A DNA stretch of 64,000 nucleotides. Source: Raillietiella orientalis. Taxonomy: Eukaryota. Both the position numbers and the translations under genes were made by a program. Positions within the stretch are counted from its first letter, which is position 1. Every line of letters starts with the position of its first letter. Location: positions 1,178,001-1,242,000 of the forward strand of contig JAYWIR010000001.1 in NCBI GenBank assembly GCA_036172245.1, given 5' to 3'. Under the pieces are notes generated by a model, which was given only the letters and a program-made list of their open reading frames with translations, did no database searches and was not told where the DNA came from. Below, piece after piece: positions 34,941 through 47,556 of this stretch.

Positions 34941-36589
34941 CCATGTGGTCCAAGGCACGAACAGTTTCATGTCTATTGCTGGAGGTTTAGCATCTGCCAT
35001 CACGTAAGTGGCTCTCGCGGCAAGGCACCTGTGTCGTGTTGACGACCACTTCTGGCCAGTGCACCGACGAAGGCTGGCCGTCGGCTGGAGACGACGGAGA
35101 TGACGGCAACTTCTCGGGGGCGCTCCCACCGTTGCGCCACCCTTTCCCCAGCCCGTGCCGCAGCCTCTTGCGGGAGCGGCGTCGCATCGCCCTCTGCTCC
35201 CTGTGCCAGCGCGAGGCAGGAAGGCTTCCCTCATGATCCCTAAAGGTGGTCAGTGCGGTGTGAAATTCGCTCCCGTCGCGCGGTTCGTCTTTCTCTCTCG
35301 AAAATCGCTGGCTCGAACCGCGCCGGTGCTGCTCGGTGCGCGCGCACGCCGAAGACAATGCTGAATGCGATCGACCCGCCGACCAATCGGGGCGATGCTG
35401 CTGGCGCCTGCAGCACCGGGAGCTCCCAAACAAGCCACCTGCCAACACGTGTACTGCGATCCATCATAAAGGAAACCTGGCAACCATTACCCCTCCATCG
35501 CAGCACTACATAAATTACGAACCAACGCTTCACACACCCTTGGCACCCTTCTTTTCACGAGGGACCAACCTTAATTCTCCCTCAATGTGGAGAGGGGATT
35601 TGAAATCCATACTTTGATTCCCATTTAGCGTAAGAACTCTTAAGCGTCGGCTGTCGCCGCGCCTGCGCAAAGGAGGGCCGTTCCTTTCAAGGAGGGCGAA
35701 GCCGGAAAGGATGCCGGGGTTCCCTGCCGGCTGCGGACTGGGTCCGGAAAGCGCGAGGGAAGGTGAGTCGTGGATGCACGCGTTTTCGGCGGTCACCTTT
35801 CCGAGGCACCGCGAGCGCTCGCGAGCGGTCGAGTACCGCTCGGCCCCGCTGGCGTGAAGACGAGGAGGGGAAGAGGCGAAGCAGCACCGTTCGCCGGCCG
35901 GAACCCCGCGAAGAGCGACTAGCGGTCCTGGACCAGCCGACGGATGCACGCGCAGTCCTGGGTCCCGCCAGGGGGCACGCGGGGTTGTTCCGAATGAGCC
36001 AGACGTTCCTCCTCCTTCCCGCTGGGACACGACAAAACAGATCCCGCCACTTTCGGAGAGACGGGTATCGGGAGTGAACGGGAATCCCCTGCGAGGCATT
36101 TCCCCGTGGAACGAGCAGGTGGGGCGAGCTCTCTGGATGGCGCTGATCGACCGCAGCGCTACGCGGGACACGTCGGGAAGCGGAACGTGGAAAGTCCGGA
36201 GCAGAGATCCAGTCGCCGTCCGCTGCATAGACCTTGGCGCCCTAAAGGAGGCCCTGAGACTCCCGTCCGTTCCAGCGCCCCTCCCTCGCATCTCTTCAGC
36301 AGCGCGAGACGGCTGCGAACGACCGCCCAAACCGAAGACACCTCTCGGAGCAGGAGCACAGACCGCCGGGATGCAGCATCCTTCAAAAATCTTCACTTGA
36401 CGATAATCCGAGTGATCGGCACTGATCCCGGCTTCGGCTACGCAAACATCCCGCAGGACGAAAAGGAGGGTCCCTCGCTGAAAGCAAATTATGCTGTACA
36501 AACACCACCTTTCCAATATGCGAAGAGTTTCTTTGGATAACCGCGCGCGTGACGTATGCGGCACGCGACGCACATGCGCACGGACGCCG

Positions 36590-36908
36590 CGTTGACCTGC
36601 GACCGAGCCAAGTCCCACGTACATCAGAAACGGGTATGTGTAGGCACGTATGTACAACGTACACGTGAATGCAAGTATGCACAACGCATACTTGGACGAA
36701 CGCATGTACACGGTATATGTGAAGCAAGTATGCAGAACGTATATGTGTAGGGACGTATATGCAACATATATGTGTAGGCAAGTATGAGGAACGTACACTT
36801 GTAGGCGGTTAGGCTTAAAGAATATATAGGTAACGCATATGTGCAAAGATGTAATGTATATGTCTAGGTATGTATCGTGTATGGCGTACATACGTGACTC
36901 ACACATGT
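36590..36908. repeat. Degenerate alternating purine-pyrimidine (TA/CA/TG) tract
   Basis: Recurring gtatgtgtag, acgtac and atatatgtgt units; AT-rich island in a GC-rich context. Confidence 0.8.
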
Positions 36909-37576
36909 GCGGGAGACGCCAAAACTGCGCTGTTGTCCATGAAGTCGCCAGGAAAATGCCAGCTCGCTGGAAGGCCGGTGGCTTTCCGGTCACCTCCGGT
37001 TATGATGAAACCCAAGTAATTTTCTGGGACTCTATCGACCTGTGCCCTTGGTCAAGTGGCACCCTCTCTAAGAAGGGATCCAGATGTCCGGCACGTCCGT
37101 GGATCGGCGAACAAGTCCACAGAACTTGGCATGGCCGGTTGTTCGTTCAATGGAACCACGAAATCGGCGAGGCCTGACACCTCGTCAGCAGACGGAAAGC
37201 CGTGCCGCCGTGCCATCCATCTTACCGGTGTTGGTAACCACAGCGCAGTCCATCGTCGGTTCCATGAGAGAGAGAGAGCTCCATTTTCGGATCCATCAGC
37301 CACACGCTTGCGGGAGGGAAGGCTGCTTCACCTGTCAGCCAAGAACGAGGCGTCCCACCGTGCGGTCCTTCTTCCCGTGTTCGACCGGCCTCCGTCTGTC
37401 CTGGAGAGGCGGCGGTCTTGCTTTTACAAATTGGAGCACTTTCGCCTGGAAGCGGGCAAGACGGATGGCTGCAGGAGATCAGCCGCGTGGGCTCTCCGTC
37501 GAATGGCACGAAATGCAGCCACCGCGTCCGGCAGGTCTTGAAAGAAGTGGAGCCGGGGAAGCGATTAGGCGATCCG

Positions 37577-37736
37577 TCTGGACTCCGGAAGTCTTTCCAA
37601 GCGGGAACCTATTCAACTCTCTTCTTACGCAGGGTGTGGGACCCGCTGCCCCTGTCCTCGAGCGCTCCGTCCTCCGGGCAGATGTCCAGTCCGTTCAAGG
37701 TATCCGTACGTCCCCTGACGTGTGTCCGTTTTCGCT
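37577..37736 (+). repeat. 160-bp direct repeat, copy 2
   Basis: Matches 33249-33408, offset 4328 bp. Confidence 0.92.
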
Positions 37737-39019
37737 TCCGTAATGGTCGCCGTGGCAGCGGCGTAATCGTCGCGCGAGCCCTGCTCTCGGGACAGGACGG
37801 TGCGCGATCACACGGCTCGCGCGTGAACCGAGGAAGGCGTTGACGTCACCGTGATGTGGGTGTCGGGAGACGGCGCTCCTGTCCCACCGTAGTTCGGAGA
37901 ACAGGGCGGCTTTCCCCGAGCTTGCGAACCCGCCAAGGAACACCACATGAATGACCCGGAGCACGCTGCACTTGTGCAAGGTACAGGGTGGAGGGAACAC
38001 TTGGTGTTGGATACGAATGGAACACCATTCATCCACTGCTGGATTCCGAAGTGGATTGGCGGACTGCCCGCTCGCACCGGACCCCGGAGGTGGACGTGTA
38101 GAGACGCGCGCGTCTCGCTTTGCTTTCTCGCGCCACCAACACCGCGCTGTGCGGTGCGCACACTTCGAGGCGTGACACACATAGGGGCGGGTGGGGGAGA
38201 AAATAAAAAACAAAAAAAAATAAAATGCGCGTGAATTGGCTTACGGGATTTCTGGTGTTAATCCCGGGATGGTCTTGAATGACCGGCGTATCCAAACGAC
38301 TACCAGCAGCGATTCTGCGAGTTCTGTGGGGCTCTCTTAATTGTTGACCTACGCCCTCCATTCTGAACTACGGGCAGAATGGAGGGGATTTCCGTGCCAC
38401 CAGACCGTCCTTATTCGTTTCGGATGAGCGTTATATTTCATCCGGGAACTGCTGCTCAGAAGAGATGCTGATTTCTCGAATGAAGGATTCTGTGACCAGG
38501 CAACCGGCTTGGAGATTTGGGTTCCCGCAAAGCAATTCGAGAGAGAGGAGGGGCACTAAATACCGGAATAAAATCTGGCTTGACGTTAATGGTAGCCATT
38601 CGCGGAGCTGAAGAGCGTCGTCGCTGCGGAAAGCCGCGGAATACTTCAGCGGCGAAGCTCAACTTGAGGAACCAAATCCCGGCGCTTGAAAGGTGCGTCC
38701 CGCCGCTCGCCGCGCGTTCCCATAAATACCGAAGGCGAGCGCTCCTGGAGGCGCAGCCGCCGCAGAAGAACCTTCGGGACGGGGGGAAGGGAGTGTTCCC
38801 AGCAGCGCATCTCGAACACGCGCGGGCTTTCCCTTTCGGATGCGTTCACTCCCTCCTCTGTGGAGAACTTTTCTCGAAGGCTCGAACTTTCCAAGCACCG
38901 TCGCGACGTGGAGGAACGCTGGAGCCAGCAGCTCTTCGGCTTCCTCGAGGACCGTGGGAGGCCGTGGCCGCTGGGATCCCCGAGGAGAGGAGACCCCGGA
39001 TGCGAAGGTCGTCCACGCG

Positions 39020-39197
39020 GGGAAACTTCGAAAGAACGAAGGAAGGAAGCTTTTGTCCCTTCTTTGTCCTTCCGACGGACTGGCAGCCTGGAGACGGAAG
39101 ATGTGGAGACAGGAGAGGAATCGGAGCCATAGCTGGGAACGCATTGCGTGGGAGGTCTCATCGGAGTGGACGCTGTCAGCACCCCTCTGGCATTATT
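39020..39197 (+). repeat. Dispersed repeat G, copy 1 (copy 2 at about 42185-42365)
   Basis: Shared CTTCTTTGTCCTTC, TGGCAG, TCGGAGC, GCATTGCGTGGGAGGTCTCATCGGA. Confidence 0.78.
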
Positions 39198-40542
39198 CTC
39201 CTTTAGCGTGTGTAGCTTATGGTTCAGTTGGGGGGGGGGGGGGAAGAAAGACGGTTTTCATCATTCAGGGGACCCGTTGTAGTTGTGGCTAGATGGCGCG
39301 GCAAGGCTCCGGTGCCATCCACACCATGCGAACGCACTTGACAGAAAGAGTGCTTTGTCTTGGTGGCAGCAGCCGACAGGACGGTAGCGTGGATTCCATA
39401 AGAGGGTAACAGTGATGGCTCAGTAGGAAGAGTGCAGTGTTTCTGGAGACCGTAACCGTTAATTTTAGCTTAATTTAAAAAATTAGATGCAGTCATAAAA
39501 CTGCACGCAAGTGGAGCATCTACAAAGCGCTTCACTTCATCCAGAATGCACACGGTCAAGTTTCACAAGAAACCTGCTTTTTTGTTCCATGCTTGCGCTG
39601 GAGAGAAAGAATCCTCTTCTTTGGAAAGGTTCATCGGAAACCATCATCAGCAGAGCTCTAGTTCCAGCTAGAGGAGAAATCCCCATTCGAAAAAGCAGCA
39701 CACCCATCCGGGTGGCCACCGCGAGTGAGCGGGTACTCGGTGGCACCTGACTCATCGGCTCGAGCAGGCACCACCCTACCTCCGGAAGACGAAGGCGCAA
39801 CCAATCGTTTCGAGGTTGCATCCGAGCGTCACACCTGACCAAGAGCACCCTGCCCTGGGTACTGGGAAGCTGTCGGGGATGGATTCATTCTTTGTTTCCT
39901 CCTCCTGGCAGAAGATCTAGAGGACTCCAAGGCGAGGGAGGTAGCAAGAGTCGCCGACTGGACTTTTCCCTTCAGATCGACCTCAACACTTCTCATCGAT
40001 GGAAAATTACTTTTGATGATGATGTTAGAGTTTGTCCATCGATGTTAGACGATGTTGGGGCTGTCCATCTCTTTGTTTTGTGTGACTGTTTCCAATTTGG
40101 TTAAATCATTTTTTTTTCCTTTTTCTTAGGATACATAGAGAGACAATTTAACACTCTGAGGTTTGAGAATTGAAGAAGGAGAGAGGATGAGGAGGGGGCA
40201 GAAACGATCATAATTTGGAGGTTCATCTAGTTTCTAAAAATAGGGGCCCTTGTTAGCGGCTGGGCGTAGATAAGCCAGTCGGATGTTTACCTGACTTTGT
40301 TATTTTCTTTCGCAGATCCTTCGTGAACGGGCAGACGAAGAAAATGGGAGGCTGCCTGGGCTGGCAGCGGGAGAGGCCGACAACCGAACTGAGCGACTTG
40401 TCACGGAGGCAGCTGAGCTCACGGAAAGTTCTCCAGCAGGGAGAGCAGCACCTGGAGTGTTGGTGTGACAATTCGTGTGCATCCTGAGGTGCTTTCGGCT
40501 GTCGTGAATGACGACATCACATCCGCACGAGGGCTAAAATCA

Positions 40543-40910
40543 TAATGGTACCTCGGTGCTCGTCGGTAATTCGTTCTGGAACTCGTGACGAGTGCCGAAA
40601 CCAACGAGTACCGAACGGGTCCCTTTCTAGGCTCCGTGGTTTTATTTTTAACCACTTTAAGATCCACGAATAACTCTTAAAATGCATAGAAAGCACACAA
40701 AAAAGGAACGATCCGGGAGGCACTCTATGGAAGTGTTCGGCACTATTCGCGAGCTACCATGAGACGAAAGGGTTCACTCGTTCCATCATGGGTGGGGTGT
40801 CGAGTTCCGAGCATGAGCCGAGTGTCGAAACTTTTTTTTTTCTCTCGTCAAAATGCGACGAGTAGCAAGTTTGACGAGTTCTGAAACCGTCGAGTACCGA
40901 GGTACCACTG
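40543..40910. mobile_element. MITE-like element, possibly hAT-derived
   Basis: Inverted termini TGGTACCTCGGT(G/A)CTCG(T/A)CGG; the right end reads CAGTGGTACC on the minus strand; several subterminal CGAGTNCCGA motifs. No intact TSD seen. Confidence 0.6.
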
Positions 40911-42184
40911 TTCGAATTCTTTGTGTCTGTTTGTTTTCTTTGCTTTTCCGGTTCGTGTTCAACCGCTGAGTGTTTCATATTTGCCCACTGAATCACCCGC
41001 TATCCTTCTCGTGGGAACTCCCCAGGCTTCGTTCGAACGGCCCGACTTTCACTCTCCTTTCGACACCCACCGGGTCTTCCTCGCGGGAAGTTTTGTCCGG
41101 TCACCGAGCAGTGGATTTCCGAATCTGCTCCCGTCGACACTTTCAAATATTTTTTCTTCTTCCTTTTTGAGAGACGGAGGGGAGGCGGAGGGAAGAAAAA
41201 GTCAACTTCCCCTTCCCTCTCCCTTCCTCCTCCCCTCCAAAAAAAAAAAAATGTTGGGTAGTCTTCTCCCATTCTCCTCCTTTTTCACAGCTTGGGCCCC
41301 GCCGAGCTCCTGGCTTCGGGAAGGCTCCCACAGGAAGAGGAGAACCATTAAAGGCTGTGAATGACTACGATATGAAATTGCCGGGAAAAGACTCAAAGAC
41401 CAGGAAATCAGACTTCTGGGAGAATGATGGCCTGCAGCCACCTGTTGCCGGGTGGCCAATTCACCGCGGAGTGATTTCTCCCTTGTTATGATCAACAGGG
41501 AGGGACGGAAAGGAGGAGAAAAGGAGAATCGATCCCTGCAGCCGCCCGGAGGAGGACAGACAATGGAGGACGCCGGAGGCAGGGTGCTCGGGGTGCGAGG
41601 CATCTTGAGAGTCCAGACGAAAGAAGCCCCCGGGGGAGGAGAGAGGAAGGAATGAGCGAAGGCGAGTCGGGGGGGAATTTCCGACAGAGATGCGCATTCA
41701 TGGGAATCGACAGCGGCACTATGTGACAGGTAGCGGAGCGGTCCAGAAGCTCCTGCTGCCAGGTAGGAGAGAGGCTGCAGAAGTCGGACAGCCACGTCGG
41801 AACCAGCGGTCGGAGGAGAGACCGATCTTTACTTCCGAGGCAGCAAGTCCAGCAACAACCAAGTCGAAAGAGTCCCTCTCAGAGGAACGGATGAGGAGGA
41901 CAAAGTTCCGATATAGTCACCAAGGGAAAAGCGCGGGTCATCGCAACCGTTCATCGCGCGGGCGCTGCAGCTCCGGAAGACAGCGGATCCAGGCGCAACC
42001 AGGCAGAGGAACACGAGCGAAGGAACGTTTCTTCTCCTCCGGTCTGGAGTAGTGTTCGGAGTTCGCGGGGAAGACCCGTGGAAGGAGTGTACCAATGCCC
42101 TTCTGACGTGCACCCTAATCATCATGCGTAGGGTCATGGCGTTACCGGGTTACCGGAGTGTTGAACCAATCATCAGGTTGGCGG

Positions 42185-42365
42185 GAATTCCGAAGGGATG
42201 GAGAAAGAGGACTCTGTCTCTTCTTTGTCCTTCTGGTGGATGGCAGTTTGGAGGCGAAAGACGTGGAGGTAGGATGAAAACGGTGAGAGTTCGGAGCAGC
42301 AGCTGAGAATGCATTGCGTGGGAGGTCTCATCGGAAAGGACTCTGCTGTCACCCTTCTGATATCT
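42185..42365 (+). repeat. Dispersed repeat G, copy 2
   Basis: Collinear match to 39020-39197. Confidence 0.78.
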
Positions 42366-42892
42366 CAGAGGAACCGTGTGGTAGCGTCTGCGAGAGCTCT
42401 GCGTCTGCGAATTTCATGGTAGGCACCCAGAAAGTGGGAAGCAACCTGTCGTTGTCTTCGCGTCCAGGAACCTCAGCATCATGGAGGCATTTCCCTCGAG
42501 GCCGTGGGACGTAAGACCATACAAGCCAAAAGTTCCCTTAGTTACCGTGGAAATGCATGGCTCACGGATGTTCTCTGAACCGACGCTTCAGGGAGGATGG
42601 ACGCTAAAGCTTCAAATTCTTGTTTTCTGTTATTTCTATATTTTGGTTTCTTCCGTTAGTCGCGAATTAACGATCTGGTTTGGTCTGGTGTGACAATGGT
42701 GTCACGGACCCTGCCACGTTCCCCAGTCCTCCCAAGCAACCATCTGCGGATGCTTAAGACGGTCTGGTTGGCCTTTCGAATGCTTGCAGGAGGACTGAGA
42801 TGTCTTTGAGGCACTCAGTGGTTCTTTCAGACGAGGAGTCAGTGGACACGACAAAGGAGCCAGGCGGCTTGTCTTCGTCTGCATGCTTGAAT

Positions 42893-44065
42893 TCGCCGTC
42901 TGGATGAAATTCCATCCGGGAATTCTACCTTCGCATGCTCTGAAAGGTGTGCTCAGTGCGCTCGGCGCTCTTCTCGGCGGCCGTGCGGAGGAGCGCCGAT
43001 GAACGACGGCGTTGGGGTCCCCCACCGCAGCCGCGAAAAGCGTGCTCCATTTTGACGTGATGCAGCAGCTCATTGGATGTCTCTTTGGCGGCGCCGTTGT
43101 ACCTGGACGAGGCCCCGTAATCGCCGAGAAGAGACCCTGAACCAATGGGAATTCCGGAACGCGTCGGAATGAGCAGAGAGAAGTCGCTCAAACAGGGAAC
43201 ACGGGGAATTCGATCCAGGAAAAGCGTGAAGATCGATAAAAAAAAAAAGAAAGAAAGAAAAGAAACTCCTGAAGGTTCCCCGTGAAGCCACCGCGAGATG
43301 AAGAGTTCTTGACTGGTTCCCGGCATCCCGAAAAGGAACGCAAGGATGAAAGGAAGAATGGGGGCCCGCCAGCTCCATATGCAGCGCCTCCGGAAACAAA
43401 AGACGTGATGGCTGAAAGAAATTCTCATTGAAATTAGGGGGAAGCGAAGGGAAAAACAGGACCATGGGCGCTGCAGAAGAAAGGGGTGTGATAATAAAAC
43501 GTGCAGCCCATTCCAAGGACGGCTCGGATGCAGGAGATCAAGGAGGGAGCATCTGTCTTCGGCAGGAGGTTAATCCGTTCACTTGGCGGGAATGCGGAAG
43601 GCCCCGGAAAGAGGGGAGGTTGGGGCGGACGTGGAAAGGCGCCGTCGGTGGCCATCTTCTGCGGATAGGAGAAGGTCGAACGACGCAGAGAGCTGCCAGC
43701 CGGTGATGCTGGCAGGGGACGCGCACGCGCGTTCCTGGAAACTTCGAGCTTGGGCCGTTTAACCAAGACTTTTCCTCCGGGAAAAGGCTTGGAGAGATGA
43801 GGGGACTCTTGCGAGACGGATGCAGAGGGTGCGCCCTCGCGGGTCCTCGTCCAGGTGCAACAGCGTCGCCAAAGGGACATCCAATGAGCTGCTGCATCAC
43901 GTCAAAATGGAGCACGCTTTTCGCGGCTGCGGTGGGGGACCCCAACGCCGTCGTTCATCGGCGCTTCTCCGCTCGGCCGCCGCGAAGAGCGCCGAGCTGC
44001 GCTGAGCACACCTTTCAGAGGATGCGAAGGTAGAATTCCCGGATGGAATTTCATCCGGACGGTGA
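42893..44065. repeat. Long inverted repeat 1 (arms about 42893-43117 and 43840-44065)
   Basis: About 225-bp arms that are close reverse complements, with a spacer of about 720 bp. Confidence 0.92.
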
Positions 44066-44719
44066 CAGAGTAGCCGGCCTCATCGGAAGAAGGAGTCCGT
44101 TCGAAACGTGCGGATGGAGTCTGGGTACTATGGAAACGGCGCGTTTCCCGTCGGAAGGAAGGCAGGACGGAACATCGGGCACGAGCTCCCTTTCATCTCA
44201 AGTGGCGACCTCGGTTTCTGCGTCGGGAGTCTGTCGAGAGGTTGTCTCCGCGGCTATCCCCTTTGCTTCTTGCAGCCACCCAGCGAGACGTGGCTGCCCG
44301 ACGTTTTTTCGTCGGTCGGACGAGTCCGGCGGACCCTGCCGGCTGTGGACGCGACTTCGCTAGAAATCCGGTATCTCCGAGGGAGATTACGCTCTCGAGA
44401 TTTGGGAAGATTGCCTCTACACAAGCACCCTCGACGAACGTTAATGTTGGAGTTTTATGAGTGCTCCGGGATTCTGAAGATGGGTGCTAATTGAGAGAGC
44501 TGCAAAGGTCAAATCCTCTCCGACCGGATGGAGAGTCCAGCTGTGAAGCCATTCGCGCGTGTTTTTCTTCCGAGAGAGAATCCCCGACGTTTCAGGTCTT
44601 TCTCCGCTGACGTATTCGGCAATGCGATCTCTCTCCACTCGCGGTACTCGGAGATCCGGATTGCGCAGCATCCAAGCGAAGCATGAAGAACTTGTCAAGA
44701 AGCGAAGGTTGGAATCCTC

Positions 44720-46138
44720 CCGAAGACTTGGGTGAGTCCTTCTGGATCATCGATCTTTTTCGCTCTATTGTACTGCACGACAATCCTCCGACATGGGTTG
44801 CTTTCAGGAGGGTCGCCTCACAACCGGTCGGTACCAGGAGGACCGGCCTTCTAGAGGAGAAGAAACGCCGGTCCTCTGTTGCGGTTCTTTCCTTTTCTTC
44901 TGCGGTGCACGGAGCCGAAGCGTACCTCTAGGGACCTCCTACCGTCTCGTTCTACGCAGTCGGGTCGGAAAAAGGCGAGCGTAAGGATGCAAACAACCCT
45001 CTGAAAGAGAAGAGGATTTCCTCTTCTCTTTCTTCAAGATATCAGCTCCTCAAGAGTCGCAGCGCTTCCACGGCACAACGAGCCCGCAGTGGGGTTCGCC
45101 CCGAAAAGGCAGGCAGCTGCCTTGCATCCAAGACCCACTAATGCGCCTCCGACACGAAAATTCCCTGTTATCGTGTATTTTCTTTTTTTCTTTTTTCTCT
45201 CGAATGGCTGCTCCTCGAAACGCGTCCTCCATTAGTGGGATTGCGGAATTCCCGTGGAGATTAACAGGAGTTTCCTTTTATTCAGGCCTGCTTCCTGTCT
45301 TTCCATTCACGGAGGATTTCTTCTCCTTTTTCTCAAGATCTTTGACAATCCCTCAGAGAGTACGCGCGGACGGAGCGGCTGCTGGGAGTTGGAATCGCAG
45401 GCTCATGACGTCACGGCCGGCATTCCCACTTCCGGCTTTTAAAAGGACTTACCGGCAAAAGCCATCATATTGTAACAGGGCACGCAGCGTTTCCATGGAC
45501 GCAAGCCCTCCCCAGAGCAGAGCGCATTGTCTGCCGGGGACTTATTGTCACGAGTCTAATTTGTCGATGCCTGTTTTGTCTGCGTTCCCGTTCGCCCTGT
45601 CATGGTCCTGCACTCCTCCCGGCTCTCGCGTGGCTCCGTCAAAGGGGTCTCGGGCGGGTCTGAGGAAACAAGGTTTTTGTTCCGGTCAAGATGTGGCCGG
45701 CTCCCCACTCCCACGGCAAGGGCAGAAGCCGAATCTTCCTAGTCGAGCACTTCGGCAGCCCTCTGCCAAAACGGAGAGGGCTGAAGGAAAAACGAAAGTG
45801 AAATAATAAAAAAAGGAAGAAGGCGCGAAAAGTTGAGGGAAGGTTATCTAATCTGGGTTGTTGTTTGCATCTTTACTCTTGCCTTTCTCCGACTTCGGCT
45901 GCGTGGGACGAGACGGTAGGAGGTCCCTAGAGGTACGCTTCGGCTCCGTGCACCGCAGAAGAAAAGGAAAGAACCGCAACAGAGGACCGGTGTTTCTTCT
46001 CCTCTAGAAGGCCGGTCCTCCTGGTACCGACCGGTTGCGAGGCGACCTTCCGGAAAGCACTGCGTGTCGGAGGATTGTCGTGAGGCACGAAAGAGCGAGA
46101 AGGATGGACGATCCAGAAGGATTCACCCAAGTCTTCGA
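44720..46138. repeat. Long inverted repeat 2 (arms about 44720-45000 and 45855-46138)
   Basis: About 280-bp reverse-complement arms, near-identical in the centre, with a spacer of about 855 bp. Confidence 0.92.
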
Positions 46139-47435
46139 GGACACGGAGCGGAAGACAGCAACCCTTTAGTGAGGGAGCAGACAGTGGAACAGGATGACCC
46201 CTGAGTATCCCTCGCCGAAGCCTGCGGGAGCACGCCGTCCGCGACAACTTCCCTTCACCACTTCGGCACCCAACCGTCTTATCGTGCCCGAGTGTCCGGT
46301 ACTCCGAGGAAACGAGTCTATACACAAACGGAAGGAGGGGGAAGACTTTGCAGAAGAGCGGGGAGGAAAGGGAGGTGAGGTTGTGGACCGTCGTTGAGTC
46401 TCGGAGAAGAGAAAATCCGGTTTCCCTTGGCGCCGCATCCTCTCGTTCCCCACTTCGCAGCCGACGAGCTGTTCGCGGCGCAAAGTGCGAGAGAGCTCCC
46501 GCACCGGAGTCGAGGTTCCCTTGGAAACGGAGAGTTCCCGCCGCCGCGCGCCCTCGTCATGATTATTCTTGCACGGCGCCGGTCGAGCCGAGCTCCACTC
46601 GATAGCGTGGAGGCCGAAAGTGGAGTGCCAAAGCACGAGAAACCAACCATCTGGCGACGATCTCAATATCCCGCCTGATCTGATGCGAACCCTGATTTCA
46701 ATGCTCCCGAAAGGTCATCAATCAAATGCTTGATTCCATTTGAAGTCACCGATGTTGTCAAGTGTGCGGAATTCCTTCCGTTTTATAGCACCCATCAAGA
46801 GTGTCTTTTGAAACTCAAGAAGGAAATGGGACTCAGAACAGCTAGCTGTAATCTTTCAGTAAACAATGAAAGAAAATCCTTTTTGCTTCCTTTTTTCCCT
46901 AACACGTTTCCTTCCTTTACGAATAACTTCTTTGGGATCCTTTGTGCGAAGCGGGAGCTACATAGGAAGGAGGGACAGACCCTTCCGGAAGTGCATACAA
47001 GAGGCCCAAGCATTTGCATCGTATTCGATTTGTTTTTCAATTCAGCCTGAGGTCTCTGACAAGAATCCAGTCAATAGCACTTCATCCGGCAAGGTCAGCC
47101 GAGCGACTCGCGCTGACTCGGAAACCTCGGCGAAAACATGCGGAAGAGTGCCGAACGTGTTCGGATGAAAATTCCACAGCTGGGTGCCGCTTCCAGCCTG
47201 GATTCGTGCACAAAAATTCCTGCGGAGTGCCAAGTGCTCCGCGGATCTCAGTGCAGCGTCTGGAGCACGCCCGACTCCAAATGCTGGGCTCACATGAGCC
47301 GCCTGTCATTTGCTCTACAGCGAACACTACGGATGGACAACGCCGCCACTAGAAAATTAGCATCAAGAGAAGCAAAATAAAATGGAATTTCTTCTTGACG
47401 GGAAAGCAGACAGAAGAGCGGCTTGAGCTCACAGC

Positions 47436-47556
47436 ACGAGGTCGTGAAGAGGCAAATGAGGGCTCATGACATTCCTTCATTTCGCGTTGACACGAGGTGC
47501 AACTTGACTGCCAGTACGAGGTCGTAAAGAGGCAAATGCGCGCTCATTGCATCCGT
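47436..47556 (+). repeat. Short tandem-like duplication (about 40 bp unit, 80 bp period)
   Basis: ACGAGGTCGT(G/A)AAGAGGCAAATG(A/C)G(G/C)GCTCAT occurs twice. Confidence 0.75.

Noticed and set aside
35530-36993. 487-aa minus-strand ORF
   Set aside because: Runs through the TA/CA low-complexity tract and GC-rich DNA; no recognisable domain or codon bias.
33249-37736. LTR retrotransposon
   Set aside because: Repeats lack TG...CA ends, TSD, PBS/PPT, and no gag/pol remnants lie between them; kept only as an unexplained duplication.
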